Shown here piece after piece: positions 38,416-51,725 of a DNA stretch of 64,000 nucleotides. The position numbers and the translations under genes are program-made. Positions within the stretch are counted from its first letter, which is position 1, and each line of letters opens with the position of its first letter. The notes below the pieces were generated by a model. That model was not told the origin of the DNA. It did not search any database and saw only the letters and a list, made by a program, of their open reading frames with translations. The stretch comes from Camelus ferus. Its lineage: Eukaryota. The stretch lies in assembly GCF_009834535.1 (NCBI RefSeq), contig NC_045697.1, positions 56,422,001 to 56,486,000 on the forward strand, given 5' to 3'.

Positions 38416-40539
38416 CCCAAGACTTGGAGAAGAATCTGCTACACTTTCTGGCTTCCAGAAAGAAACCATAGATGATACTGCTACATTTGTTTACGAAGTG
38501 TGTTAGGTATCTTCACTTTTGACACATTTAAATTGTTTTTGGCTGCCATTACTTTTGTACCCTTTTAAGGATGTCTCATTTGACATCTGACCATTGTTTC
38601 GTGCACTGGGCTCAGATGTATTTCCCTAGTATCCTGCATCAACCTTGGAACCTCCTCTCAGTGTGGCCTGAACCAACATTTATTACCTATATTCAGAGAG
38701 CAGGGGCAGAAAGATGTCATAATGTCAAATGAAAATATCACTTATCTAAGACTAAGACAGATAGTTGCTTTTCAAATAAGACAAACTTACAAAAATGTGG
38801 CTGAATTCACACAGATATACCATGTAAAACAGAAAAACAGTCAACAATAAAGAACAGTTTATAAAGAAGTTAAAGTTAGGATACCTTGGAAATTGGTACA
38901 ATCTATGTTACATAGATGAGGATTAGAAACACCTGATTTGAGAGCACATTAGTCATAAAGATAGATCACACTCATCAACATTTTGTCAGAAGTGGAACTA
39001 CCACTTTATTAAAAGTCTATCTTTTTTCATTCACCCAAATAAATTCCTGACACTTGCTGATTTAAATGTAGAAAGGAAAACCATTAACAGTAAATATAAA
39101 CAAAAGCACTACCTGACTACCTTAAAATCAATAACAAAATTTTGTTTATGTTCTTAGCTTTTCACAAAAGAATGTCTATTTCAGTATGCATTAATACAAT
39201 GTTTATAAAGCTTTATTTGCAACTTCAACTTCCACCTAAAAATGCTAGCAATTGAGGTCCTTTTTAAAGAGAATAAAGTATTTTCTCTCAAATTCTTATC
39301 AAAACTCCTGCTGAGAAAGGAATTCAGGAAAAATTTCTGAAAGATGTGCTATCTTCACGCTCTTTGCGCTATCCTTGAATAAAGCTTGATAATTAGAAAG
39401 ACAAATATTATCAGGTATGATAGTTTAGCTTCACAAAAAAATACCTTCTGTGTGTTAAATTTTTATATTATGTTTATTATGTTCTTGATTGTCATCAAAA
39501 AATACTGTAAAAACCATATAAAATGCAACAGTATAAGAATTATATGAAATATTTCACCTTTTTAAAAAAATACTGAATGATTGATCCTGTTGAGCATTGT
39601 AGTATTACTCAAGAAATTGAAGAATTAAAAGAGTTTTAGACTTTGATGCTTCAAAGAGTTTTGCCTTTCCCAAATTACTGTGATTCTTCCTCCTTTCTGA
39701 AAATGCTACCATGGAACAGATTGCATTTTAATCCTTTTTCTTTGGCTTCAAAATTGGAAGCAACAATTTTAACTACTCGGATTTGTAGTCTACTTGTCTA
39801 CTTAGTTGAGTTCTCCTTCCAAGTTTTCATTACTACTTATATAGTCTTTTGTCCTGATTATTTTTATTTCTTTTCTGTGCAGCAATTATCCTGATCTCTT
39901 TCAAAACAGGAAACCCAGAATAGCATTACAGATTTCTCATAAAGTGAAGAGTTTCAAAATCCCAAAGGATAATATTTTATTTGCTGTGTGATGGAAAAGA
40001 ATCTCCAATCTGAATCAGATCTGCAAAGATAAAGGTTATTATTCTCTAGGTTTAGCTCTTTTTGATCCCCCAGGAATCTCTCAAATTTTGTTATAATTGC
40101 TTGACTCTTGAAAATGTATATTTTGCGTCTATCTTATCCCTTTCTCTAGCTCTAATTCCCAGCTCCTATTTTCTTTTCTTTTTTTTTTGGAAATTTCCTA
40201 GGTATTGTAAATTTTGTTAAGCTCAGTTCTGTGTTTACACAGTTTGGGACTTGTTGGTTTCATTCCTTCTATAGCTCTTAAGGGTATACTTTATCTTTTC
40301 CTCTTTGAAACCATAGACTCTTATGGGTCTAAAGCCTGTGGCGTGAAAAATACTGGCGAGATATTTAGTGTTTTTTTTTTTTTTAATGAGTCAAATAGGT
40401 AAATATCTCCAGCTTGTAGTTTTAGTGTTCCACTTCAATTAGACTACTGTCATTGCTTAAGAGTCCTGACTTGAGTTGCTATAAACTGGCACTAATTATT
40501 AAGTAGTTTTTACATTTCCTCTTCTCTTTGTTTGAAGTA

Positions 40540-40845
40540 CACTCCTCACAGATCTTTCCTTTCTTCCTTCTCATCACTGAGGTGTGAATTCAAAGATAAT
40601 TCTCTTTGACAGGTCCTCTGCTCTTGGCCTAGCTCAAATCAGTTGTCTGCATGAGCAGTAACACTTTATCATGTCTTATTTAATCTTCTTTATAGTAATT
40701 TTAAGTGTATTTCTTATATATTTATCTCATGTCATCTTTACTTTCTGTTTCTGCCATTTGAATATAAGTCCCATGAGAACAAGGATTCTGTTGAACTTCT
40801 CTAATCGCTGGTACCTAAAATAGTGCCTGGCATACAACCAGAGTT
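40540..40845 (+). mobile_element. L2 3' end
   Basis: gaatataagtcccatgagaacaaggatt...cctaaaatagtgcctggcatac. Confidence 0.7.
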
Positions 40846-43203
40846 TAAGGAACTAATGTATCTCCTCATTTTTGATATCATGGGTATTTGAATTTTTTAC
40901 AAAGTATGAATTCAGTACAACAGTTGTGTTTCCTTAAATAAGAAGAGCTCACTGGGTTCATTGATTTAAAAACTCATAGACATAAACTCAGTTCCTTCTG
41001 AGGAACTGTCACTCAGTGGGAGATTATTATCCAATTTCCTTTACCCCATCCATATTTTTCTATACAAATTTAGGTTAGCAGTATATATTCTTAGGAATGA
41101 AAATATACTGCATTCTTTTCTTACCAAAACACACTTAAAAACATTAAGGGACAAGCAAAATTATATTATCATGTCAATAAACATAATACTGATTAACTTT
41201 CCACATCATTCAAAAAAGAAATCAAATAGATAAATTCCAAAAGCTAAATCACAACTCTCTTGGTGGTTAACCTAGACCATTATGGATTAGACAATAGTGG
41301 CAGATGTGATTTTAGTTCCATCTAAATATGATCCTTGGTTAAAATGCCTATTCTGTGGTTAGCTTAATGCCTAGGGAGAAGGACAAGAAAATGCTGGCTA
41401 GAATTGATGATACGGATAAAAGACTAAAATAACACAGAAACACTCAAAGGGAAAAAGAAATCTGGCCACCATCCAGTAATATGGCCTTAAAATGTGCACA
41501 GCTTGCTTATCACATGGTCTCTTCAGTAATGGAAAGAATCAAATCTTCAGGACAAAAAAATACACAAAGGTATTAAAACCATAATCTTTATATATCAATT
41601 ATATACTATTGTAGGACTAAAACAATTTCATTTCCTGAGCCACTAATATGTCTATAAATAGCAGCTTTAAAAAGGAAGCTTAGTGTTTTCAGCAAAAGTT
41701 ATGTGGTAATGGAGTTTGGGATTTTTTTTCCTTCCAGATAATCAGTTTTTCCACAACTTGCCCTGTGTTTGAGGAGTGGCAATGCCAATTATGACAAATT
41801 TCTCCCTTTGGTGGTGTATGGGTTACATAGTTGTAAATGCCTAGGCTTGCCAAAAAAGTTTTTTCATTAATCTAATAATTATCCTTTGAAAGTCTTCCAG
41901 ACAATAGATCAGGCTTTTGAAGGGTACTATGGAAACAGGAAGACGTCAGAACTCTGTCAAAAATTTTGTCCCACCAAAGGTGGCTAAAGGGAAATCACCT
42001 GAAATTGCAAGGCAGTGGTTAGTAACTCAATTTCTAAAAATTCCTGTTTCGTTAGCATTTCTAACTCAGAACTTCAAGTCTAAAACAGCAAAAACGAGAT
42101 GGAAAGCAATTACTTTCTGGCATTCAGCACTAATTAATTTTTTTTTTTTTAAGAATTTTTAATAGTTCAGTGAAGCTTTCCTTTTCACTGTTGAGGCCAT
42201 TGATCTTCTGGCCTGGGTGGCTGGCAGATATGGAGCTGCAGAAAGGACACCCAGTAGCCTGGTCCGTGCTGCTTCTCTTCTCAAATTGCAGTAACAAGGG
42301 AGATGCTGTAGTTGTGATCCAGAGGTGCTGCCTGCCTCGTCCCGTGCTCCGTACTTGGTACCCACTCCTCTGTAGTCTCTTTGGTGCATGGCCAGGAGAG
42401 ACAAATTCACCGAGATTTCCTTTGTGGTCTAATATATACAAGATCTTTATAAATGAACTCTAAGGAATTAAAAAGAGAGTCTCATTTCTGATTTCAGTGT
42501 AGAGGCTTTGGTTACACATCAATCCAGCTATCTGCCTGTCTGTCTATTCGTATGGTTTTGTATATTTAAAATTTACTTATTTATCATATCTAGCTACTCA
42601 TCATGCTAGCTGTACCTTATATTTTTACCTTCATTTGCACATTTGCTCCATCTTGTACAAAGAGCCTTCTACTGATCTGTTTCTATGCCTAGTATTTCTA
42701 CCTTCTTATCTTTCCATGGTGGGAAGGAGAAGGACAGTTATAATTTTAGGAAAGTTCTGGCCAGGAAAGGCCTCACTGAGAAGATGCCCCTCAAGTAAAG
42801 GCCTGAAGGAAGCGAGAACATCCTAGACCAGAGGATGCTTCAATGGCGAAAAGCTGGAGGCGATCAGGAGTGTGAAACAGAGCAAGGGGAGGAGAGGCAG
42901 AAGACAAGAGTCAATGCTGGGAGCTGGGCGTAGCACACATCAAGCAGAGCTGGTTTTAGAATGAGTTGTAAACTCTATAACACGCCCCTTAACTCCACTC
43001 TCCATGGCAGTGTTTATCAACGTTGAATGCACATAGTCCTCACTCAGTAGACACTTGTTTGGGGATGAACTGAATGAAAGTGCTTGCACCAAAGGGCAGA
43101 GAGACCATGTGAGTCCCATCTTTTGTAACCACACTACAGTTACCACCTATAGACTGTAATCTCTTTCCAATTCCTCTTGTCCTAAACGTTCTTACATACA
43201 CTC

Positions 43204-43615
43204 TGTACTAGCTGCCATTTCAAAGTACCATAAACTGGGTGGCCCACTGGTGGAAATTTGTTATCTCACAGTTCTAGAGGGTAGAAGTCCAAAGTCAAGG
43301 TGTGGCAGTATTGGTTCTTCCTGAGGGCTGTGAGGGAGCATCTCTTCCATGCTTCTCCTGAGCTCCTGGTACCCTCATGTGTTCCCTGGCATTCTCCCTG
43401 TGTCTTCACATCATCTTCCCTCTGTGAGTGATTGCCTCTGCATCCAAATTTCTCATTTGTATAGGAACACAGTCATATTGTATTAAGGCCCAGACTCATG
43501 ACTTCATCTTAATTCGATCATCTACACAGACTCTATTTCCAAATAAAATCACATTCACAGACCCTGGGGTTTGAATTTTAACATCTTTTAGGAGGACACG
43601 TTTCAACGCATTCCC
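43204..43615 (-). mobile_element. MaLR LTR (MLT1B/C-like)
   Basis: gctgccatttcaaagtaccataaactgggtggc, tctcacagttctagagggtagaagtccaaagtcaaggtgtggcag, ctatttccaaataaaatcacattcacag. Confidence 0.85.
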
Positions 43616-43629
43616 ATCAAGATAGTGTC

Positions 43630-45020
43630 TGCATCTCTGCATTAAAACTGCTCTGGACAAGGTCACTGATGCCCCTACGTAGCTAAATCTAGTGGCAAAT
43701 TTTCAGTTCTCTTAACTGACTTGTCAGTAGCGTTTGATGAAGTTGATTCCATTCTATTCCTTAAAACTCTTTCTGCACTTGGCTCCCATATTAACATACT
43801 CTCCTGGTTTTCCTACCATATCACTGCTCACTCATCTTAGAACTTCTACTGGTTCCTCCTCTTTTCCCCAGTATTTTAAGGGAGGAACAACCTAAGGCTC
43901 CATCTTTGGTCCTCTTTTCTCTCTGTACACATTGCCTCAGTGAAATCATCTAAGCCTCTGGCTTTAAATGCCATCAATAAACAAGCAACATGCACATTTA
44001 TAATTCCAACTCAGCCTTCCCCTCCATACACCCACATGTGTTTCCAAGTGTCTACATACCATCTTTGCTGTGGTGTCTAATAAAACTTTCAAACTCAACA
44101 TATCAAATATTTAATTTCTTCACTTCCTCTGAGCCATTGCTCATCTCACTGTCTTTTTCATCTCAGTTAATGACAACTCTATCCTTTTATTTTTTTATTC
44201 CAAAAAAGAGGAAAAAAAAAGAAAAAAAGAAAGAATCCTTGACACCTTCTTTCTTTCACACTCCAAAGCTAATCTCACACCATATCTTGTTGGCTCTGCC
44301 TTCAAAATATTACCAGAATCTGACCACTCTCTCCACCCCCACTGCTAAAGCCCTGTCCCAAGTTGCCATTATCTCTTGCTGGGATTACTGTAATCATTGC
44401 CTAACTGGCCACATGGATGAAATCCTTGTGTCCTGTAGTCTATTCTCAACACAACAACTGCACTGAATTTTTTTTAAAGTGACACGATAAGTTAGACCAT
44501 GTTATTCCACAGTTCAAAACCTTGTGATTGATCTTCATTTTCTCAAAGCTAATGCCAAAGAACATAAAGTGCCTCCAAGGTCCATTGTGATCTTCACCTT
44601 TCTTTCTGGACAGTTTGATTTTCTAATTCTCTCCTGCTTGTTCTTTGTTGTCATATTGTCCTCCTCAATGTACTTAATATTTGCTGAGAATACTCCTCCA
44701 TTGGGACACTTACAATGAATTTTTATTCTGCCTAGAATGTTCTTTTTCCCACATATCTATAAGAAATCACCTCCTCACTGATTTAAATCATTACTCAAAT
44801 ATCACTTTCCTAATAAATCTAATTCTGATCTTCCTATTTAAAATTCCACTTCTGCGTTTTACTCTGCTCTTTTTTTTTTTTTTTGTATGTTGTATTTCTT
44901 AACTAGTGCCATATTATATTGTTTTTTCATTTGTGTTTTTTAAAATCATCTCTCTTATGTAAGCTCCATGAGGAAAAGTATCTTTTCTGTTCTGGTAATC
45001 TATCCAAATTGATAGAATAG
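43630..45020 (+). mobile_element. L2 LINE, ~1.4 kb including RT remnant
   Basis: aaactgctctggacaaggtcactgat (ETAL.KVT.D), tgacttgtcagtagcgtttga (DLS.AFD), cctaaggctccatctttggtcctcttttct (PQGS.LGPLLF); terminus tgtaagctccatgagg. Confidence 0.85.
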
Positions 45021-47744
45021 TCCAACACCAGTCTCACAGAAGTGACTTAATAGATTGAGTTAATAACCTGTTAACTGATCTATAAAAAGAGGTAGCTACA
45101 TAAAGGTGTGACATATTCAGAGGCCAAGAGGATTCAAATTAAAAAAAAACCCAAATTAAGAATATGTGTATATGTCATAACAGTATTTTTGATACCTGGA
45201 TCAATTAGATAGATCAATCAGTTCATGATAATTCTCTAGCTGAAAGGTATGTTAAAAATATACAAAAGATAGACAAATATTTTTCAATGAGTGGCCATAT
45301 TTTCATCTTTTCAGTTTAATCATCCGTTAAATAACAACTGAATTCTGACTATGTGCTTCACATATACATACATATTTAAGTAAATAAACAAAATATTTTG
45401 TTTGTCTGACGCCTAAGTGGACATAGTAGGAAAAAAGGGAAAATTTCTGGCACTGATTTTCTTCCTCTAAAAAAAAAAAAATCTATCAGCAATCCATGTT
45501 TACTGAAAAAAAAAAATCTAGCATTTTCTTTTACTTGTTACTCCTATTCATACTCAGCATATGGGCAGAATAGGAAAAACAAAACAAAACAAACAAACCT
45601 TCATTTCAGAGCATCAATAATATTTCAGAAAAGATTAAGTGCCAAAAAAACCAGGAATAAAACTGAAGGCAAATGAAACAATGATTCAGACTTTAGCTGA
45701 AATATATTAGAAGGAGAGAAAATTGGGACAATAAGATTTTCAAATTACAAAGTCTCAGAAAAAGTTAAAGCACTCAAGAGAATAAACTACTAGAGGTCAG
45801 AATTTCATTTTCTTAACGCTAGGGAAATGCAATTTAAGTAGGTCTGATGAGTAGGTATTCCCCTGAAGTCACAAAAGATGAGAATCTGGCCTTATATCTT
45901 TAATTCATACAAAATATATTTTTATAAGGGAAAGAGCTTTAAGAGGTGCTGTGCCTGAGAGAGTTGGAAATGTGTACTGTATTAAAATAGGTAGAGGAAG
46001 TGCTCTATTCAAGTGCCCTGGCATTAGAGGGAGGAGGCTATACTGAGGCTAGTCAGATTCACAGATTCTTTTGAAGTTTGTTTCATTTCTCCTCAGTTCC
46101 TAGAAAGCCAAGTTTATATAACACCAGGGCTGGGGTTACTGAAAAATTCTTTGAAAAATCCCGAGGCCAGAAAGCATTACACATAGTAACCCTGGCTATC
46201 ATAATAAAAACAAAACCTGACCTAAGAGTACACAAGCATTTCATCAACAACTTTTCCAAATTAACTAAGAAGTTGCTGATTCTTCTCTCCCTGAGTTCTT
46301 AACCCATGAATTACATGATTAAATTCTTAATTGACTGGAAACATCACTACCATCTTCTTTGTTAATTTAATCAATAACAACTACATTTGTTAATTTCATA
46401 CTGTAAAATGTATTGCCTCATCCCATTATCAAGTATGCTTTTATTAAAATTATACTGAAAATTAAATCAATAAATGTAACCTAAATCAAATTTTAATTTC
46501 AGCCATTTACTATTTTGTATATTACATTATTTCAGGAATTTAAGTACAGATATTTATATACAAAAACATGATTAAATACTTTATGTAAGTACCTGACTTT
46601 AGCTAAAATTAAAAAAAATTAACAATAATATGTATTTTCCTTCATTAATGAACCAACTTAATTTTAGCAAGAGCAAATGATTGATTTAAAAAAATTTTTT
46701 CCAACTTATTTTGGCATTTTTGAATGATATGATTAAAATTATTTCTTGGATATGTGCTTAATATGTTAGATATTGAAAAATATTGTATTTTTAGTAAATT
46801 CCATATAAGAAGCCATACTCATAGATCAATTGCTAAATTTAACTATTTGTGTAATTATGACTCATAGACTCTATGATGCATTTTTGATTGAACATTTTAT
46901 AGAATTCATCACTTTCCTTAAATCAGTACTTAGCTTAACACACCTAGTGTGATACAGCTACAGAAGCTTAGAGAAACACTAGTAACTAAAATGTTTTGTT
47001 TATCTTCTCCTGTGACAATTTATAGAGTTTTGCTGCTGCTGTTTTTATACAGCTGTTTTATATATGCTGTTTTGGTACAAGGTGAATAATTTGGTATTTC
47101 TGTAGTCAGCTTGCAAAGTTATTTTGATTCTTCATTCTGATCCATTAAAATATTTTAAAGCACTTCCACATTTTTTGAGATATTTTAAATCAATTTTTAA
47201 ATCAATTTTTCTACCATGGGTTATTTTATATTACACCCAGCTTAATTAAAATTGAGCTTTAACATAATTGACTAATTGCTTATCTATGTAGCTAAAATAA
47301 CTATACTGTTACACAAATGTTGCTCAAGTTTATAAAATAACTGTTGGGATATCGGTTTTGATATAATTTGCAATCACATCAAAATTTGCAAATTAAAAAA
47401 AATGCTTCCAATAATAAACAGGTATTAAAAATCCAATTTATACAGGGCAGAGTTGTTTAAGTACACAAGTCATATAACTTGTTTGTTTATATTCTGAAAA
47501 CTAAGTATATATTCTGAAACACTAAATCTTCCATCAAAATTTAGCATTAAAATTCAGATAGCTTTAGATTTAAATAAAAACTTCCCCGTTTCATAGAGGA
47601 GCTACTAGTTTCCGAATTTTTTTGCCTTGTTATCTTACCTGAAGAGTATAAATAAAAGTGTGCTTACTTTTTAGTGTTTGGGGAAAAATTAAATGCAATA
47701 ATATTTGAAAAGCACTTAGCACATTGCCTGGCATAGCAATCACT

Positions 47745-48110
47745 GAGGCAGAGAACAAGTTATGCGAGCATCACCAATTTTCGTTTTTCCCTTTCTGAAC
47801 ACACAAGAAAAGTATATTTCCCAAGCCCCTTTGCACTTAGATGAAAGAAATGAAATTTATCCAATGAAGTGTCACTTCCAGGCTGAGCAATTAAAGAGCT
47901 AATGTTCTTGCTCCATTGTCAGCCTCTCTTCCTCTGCTGTGATGACCAAAAAGGCTCTTTGGTGAGACAGCAGAGTCACAAGAAGGAAGCAGCCAGGATC
48001 CCCAAACCTCTGCTTGAAAGGAGCTGACCTGAAGAGGTGCCAGACCAGCACAACTTTGTGTGAAAGACGAACTCACTATTATATATTGAGTCACTGAGAA
48101 TCTGATTAAC
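47745..48110 (+). mobile_element. Old MaLR LTR (MLT1I/J-like)
   Basis: tatttcccaagcccctttgcacttag, gtgtcacttccaggctgagca, gcagagtcacaagaaggaagcagccaggatcccc, gagtcactgaga. Confidence 0.7.
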
Positions 48111-48492
48111 ACATTTAACAGAAATAGTAAGCAATCACAATGTTAGTAAAACTGCTTCTATGTGCATGTATGTAATTAAAGTATGTTGATATTTAATATG
48201 AAAATGCTATCATTTGGTCAAATGTAAGTAATAAGAGCAGAGTTTGTTAAAAATTTACATACTGCCCTTTCTCTAGTAACTTATGTGAAGTTAATAGATT
48301 CAATTAGTGAGATAATTTATTTGAAGTGTATTTTCCTCACAAAAACTGTCCAAAATGGAGTTACCAGTGATTTTTCTAAATTGGTTTTGCTTACAAAATG
48401 AAAACATTTGCATAAAATCAATAGTATATACTTTGGAAATAGTTGAATTTATGAAGCTAAATCATCCACAGCCAAGCTTATATAAACAAAAT

Positions 48493-48524
48493 GTTAGGGT
48501 TAGGGTTAGGCTTAGGGTTAGGGT
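48493..48524 (+). repeat. Short interstitial telomeric repeat, (TTAGGG)2 TTAGGC (TTAGGG)2
   Basis: gttagggttagggttaggcttagggttagggt seen directly. Confidence 0.9.
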
Positions 48525-49724
48525 ATAAAAAAATAACTGTCAATCAAAGTAGTCAAATGACTTTAAACCTATAGACATGGCCAATATCCAGGACAATATG
48601 GTGGTTAAATTTTTATACAGAAAAGCATGGCAATGCACCATACTGAAGGCTTTGTGTAACTAGTCAATTAAAAAATATTTCATTAAATTACAAATCCCCC
48701 AATCTACTGTCATTCACAATCTTTGAGAGATCCAGATTCATAGTCCCTCAAGCCCTCTGGGATTCCATGATTGGTGGTGATATTCTTTATGGAATGACTA
48801 CACTATTTCTATTACTATTCAATCTGTTCTGTCAAGTCAGTTGGTGAATGTAATTTTAGACACATGAAACTGATTATTGGTCCCTGTATCATCTCACCAA
48901 AGTCATAAAAAGTCCTTCCACTTCCTTCCATGTGCTTCTTCAACCAAGTTAAGGATAAAATTTGTAAACATGTAAATTGCTTACTTGCTGTTAGTTATTA
49001 TAATATTAGAATTTACATATTGGGTGAATTATTTGAAAAATCTTACAGCAGTGACCCCTTTCTACAGATAATTTCAGTTTTAGAAGATTTACAGGCTTCA
49101 TTTACTAGAATTAAATTCATTTTTTAATGTAGTGAATTAAGATTTCCCTTTAAAAGTAAGAGGAGTAATTATCTATTCCTTGGTTTAATGCAACCCTTCT
49201 AGCAGGATTGTGCTGAGTGCTCTGTATTATTAAAGAGTGAGATAGCAAATGAAGTAAGAGATTTCTTATTACATTGTCAAAACACATGAGTGATGGATGG
49301 CAATGTCTCTTTTCCAAATTGAATTACTCTTTTGTTTAGCACCAAATAATTAAAATTTACATAAGAAGACACACATAAAACAACTATTATGAAATCAAGT
49401 AAGTGAGAAAGAGTGAAGAGTAATCCATTTACTAGTATTACGGTATGCAAAGTAGAAGGCTGAATGGAACATATTTTAAAAGAATAAAAACTTAAGCTTG
49501 AATTCTCCAAAATGTGTATTTCTAGCTTTAATCCCCCCCCCCCAAAATCAAGCCTCTTATAATGAACTGCTCACTCTGAGTAAATGATAATATCATTTTT
49601 AGAAATTTTTCCTTATAGATTTTGCTTCCTGTTCCACATCCAATGCATCCATAAATCCTGTTAGTTCTACTGTCAAATTATATTCTAAGTCTGACCACTT
49701 CTTACCACTTACAATGTTACTGTC

Positions 49725-50234
49725 AGTGATGAGCAGAGCAATGGATTACCAAAGATGTCCATGTCCTAATCCCTGGAATCTGTGAATATTTTAGGTTACA
49801 TGGCAGAGAATAATTAAAATTGTGGATAGAATTAAGATTGCTAACCTGTAAACCTTCACAGAGGAAGATTGCTCTGGACTATCTGGGTGGACGCACTGTC
49901 GTCCAAAGTTCTTTATACATGAAGGAGGGAGGTAGGAGGGAAACAACCAGAAGATGGCAGTATGAGAAAGATGGGCCCACACCGATGGTTTTAAAGATTG
50001 AAGAAAAAGCCATGGACCAAGAAATGTGGGGGGCCTCTAGAAACTGGAGAAAGCATGGAACAGATTCTTCCTTAGAGCCTCCAGGAGGAACATACTTTGC
50101 TAACACCTTGATTTTAGCCCTTTGGTGCCTATTTCAGAATTCTGACTCATAACTATGTAATAGTAAATTTTTACAGCTTTAAGCTGCTCAATTTGTGATA
50201 ATTTCTCACAGCAGCAATAGGATATTAATATAAC
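49725..50234 (+). mobile_element. MaLR LTR (MLT1D-like), full length
   Basis: ccaaagatgtccatgtcctaatccctggaatctgtgaatat...gaacagattcttccttagagcctccaggagg...caccttgattttagccc...cagcagcaatagga. Confidence 0.9.
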
Positions 50235-50366
50235 ATCCTACTTAAACAATTATCTTCATTACTGCAGTAGCCACTAACTAGTCTCCTTAATCCTGTTCTC
50301 ATATCTCTAAGATTCTGTTTTCTATAAACAAAACTGGCAATTGTTTTATTTTTTATGTTTTACAAT

Positions 50367-50466
50367 TTTAAAATTATTTATTTGTTTTTTGGAGGTACTG
50401 GGGATTGAACCGAAGACCTTGTGCATGCTAAGTACACGCTCTACCACTAAGCTATGCCCATCCCTC
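50367..50466 (-). mobile_element. tRNA-Ala-derived SINE (vic-1-like)
   Basis: tggaggtactggggattgaaccgaagaccttgtgcatgctaagtacacgctctaccactaagctatgccc; candidate TSD tgttttacaat at 50356-50366 and 50474-50484. Confidence 0.9.
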
Positions 50467-51489
50467 TTGTGATTGTTTTACAATGGAGATTCCATGCTTT
50501 ACTCACTTATGCAAACCATTCAATGACTTTATGTCACAATCAGAAACTCAAGAATCTCATCCAGACCCACAAGGCCTTAACACTCCCTGGTTCTACTCAA
50601 CCTCTCTGATTCCTTGCCTGTCCCTCTTTCTGCCTTTCTCTCTTCATTCCATTCATTCTGATCTTCTGCTAGAAGCTAAAGCATTCCAAACTCATTTCTG
50701 ATTCATAGTCTTTGCTTTTGTGGAAACCTTTGGCCTCTGCCTGAAACCCTTTAGTCCCCAAACTATGCATGACTGGATCCTTCTTATTTTCTTGTTTCTG
50801 TTTCTGATTAAATATCACCTTCTCAATAAAGCCTTTGGCTAACCAATCTAAGTTAAACTTCTCTTCAGTCATCTTGTTTCATTTCTTAATAGGACTTACC
50901 ATTATTCAAAATCACTTAGTTTATTTTGTGATTTTATATGAACTTGTTTATTCCCACACCCCACATATCAAAATAAACACCATGAGAGGAAAAACTATGT
51001 GCTTCATCACTGTTAACAATGGTACTTAGAATAGCATCTGACACATTATAAATGCTGCATTTATTTCTGTTGAATGAATGAATAAAAATAGTGAAGTCAA
51101 TTAAGACTTTTAAATATTAAGGTCATACACAATTAAACATTAATACATGTTTCTTCTCAGTTGATTAAGTTCATTAATTCTCCTACTCTAAAGATGCATA
51201 CTGTCACTTTCCACATGAGGGTAGAAAGTGTGTGTCTCATAATGTGATTGTAATTTACACAGTACAATTTTCTATCCACAATGATATTTAAGTTTCTTTC
51301 ATCACAGAGGTTTCCAGAAAGCACTATTATCTTGTGAGCTCTCACCCTTTCTTTCGTAATGAATCAGGGTGATTATCCATTTCTTTCTGAGCATAATTAA
51401 TTTCTCTCATTCTGGGATGACAGTTGTCTTTCTAGGGTACCTGCCATCAGAGTCTAAACTTTGCACTCTGAATCAATTATGAGAATAAT

Positions 51490-51725
51490 TCTAGCGTAGA
51501 ATGCATGGTCTCCGTAACCACAGGCCTGAACTGAATTCTCTCTAACTGAATTACTGTTTGTTCAATCTTGGACAAGTCACTTAAACGATATGTCTCCGTT
51601 TCTTCATCTACAAAATTAGCTTAATACTACTAGTAGCTACTTTATAGGTTTGTTGTAAGAATTAATTGAGTCAATATATGGAAAGAACTTAGACACATAG
51701 TATTCATTAAGTAAATATATGCTTA
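51490..51725 (+). mobile_element. MIR SINE
   Basis: cttggacaagtcacttaa...tctccgtttcttcatctacaaaattag...gttgtaagaattaattgagtcaatatatggaaagaacttag. Confidence 0.8.

Larger units (their letters stand above)
49600..51085 (+). mobile_element. L2 3' region interrupted by MLT1D and a SINE
   Basis: cacatccaatgcatccataaatcctgttagttctac before the LTR; ttactgcagtagccactaactagtctcc after it; terminus tgttgaatgaatgaat at ~51069-51084. Confidence 0.75.

Noticed and set aside
42159..42410. RPL37A pseudogene suggested by GVGTKYGA
   Set aside because: Similarity is limited to a few residues; the zinc-finger cysteines and flanks do not match.
43990..44466. Longest ORF in the window (158 aa)
   Set aside because: It lies wholly inside a decayed L2 and has low-complexity composition with no recognisable domain.
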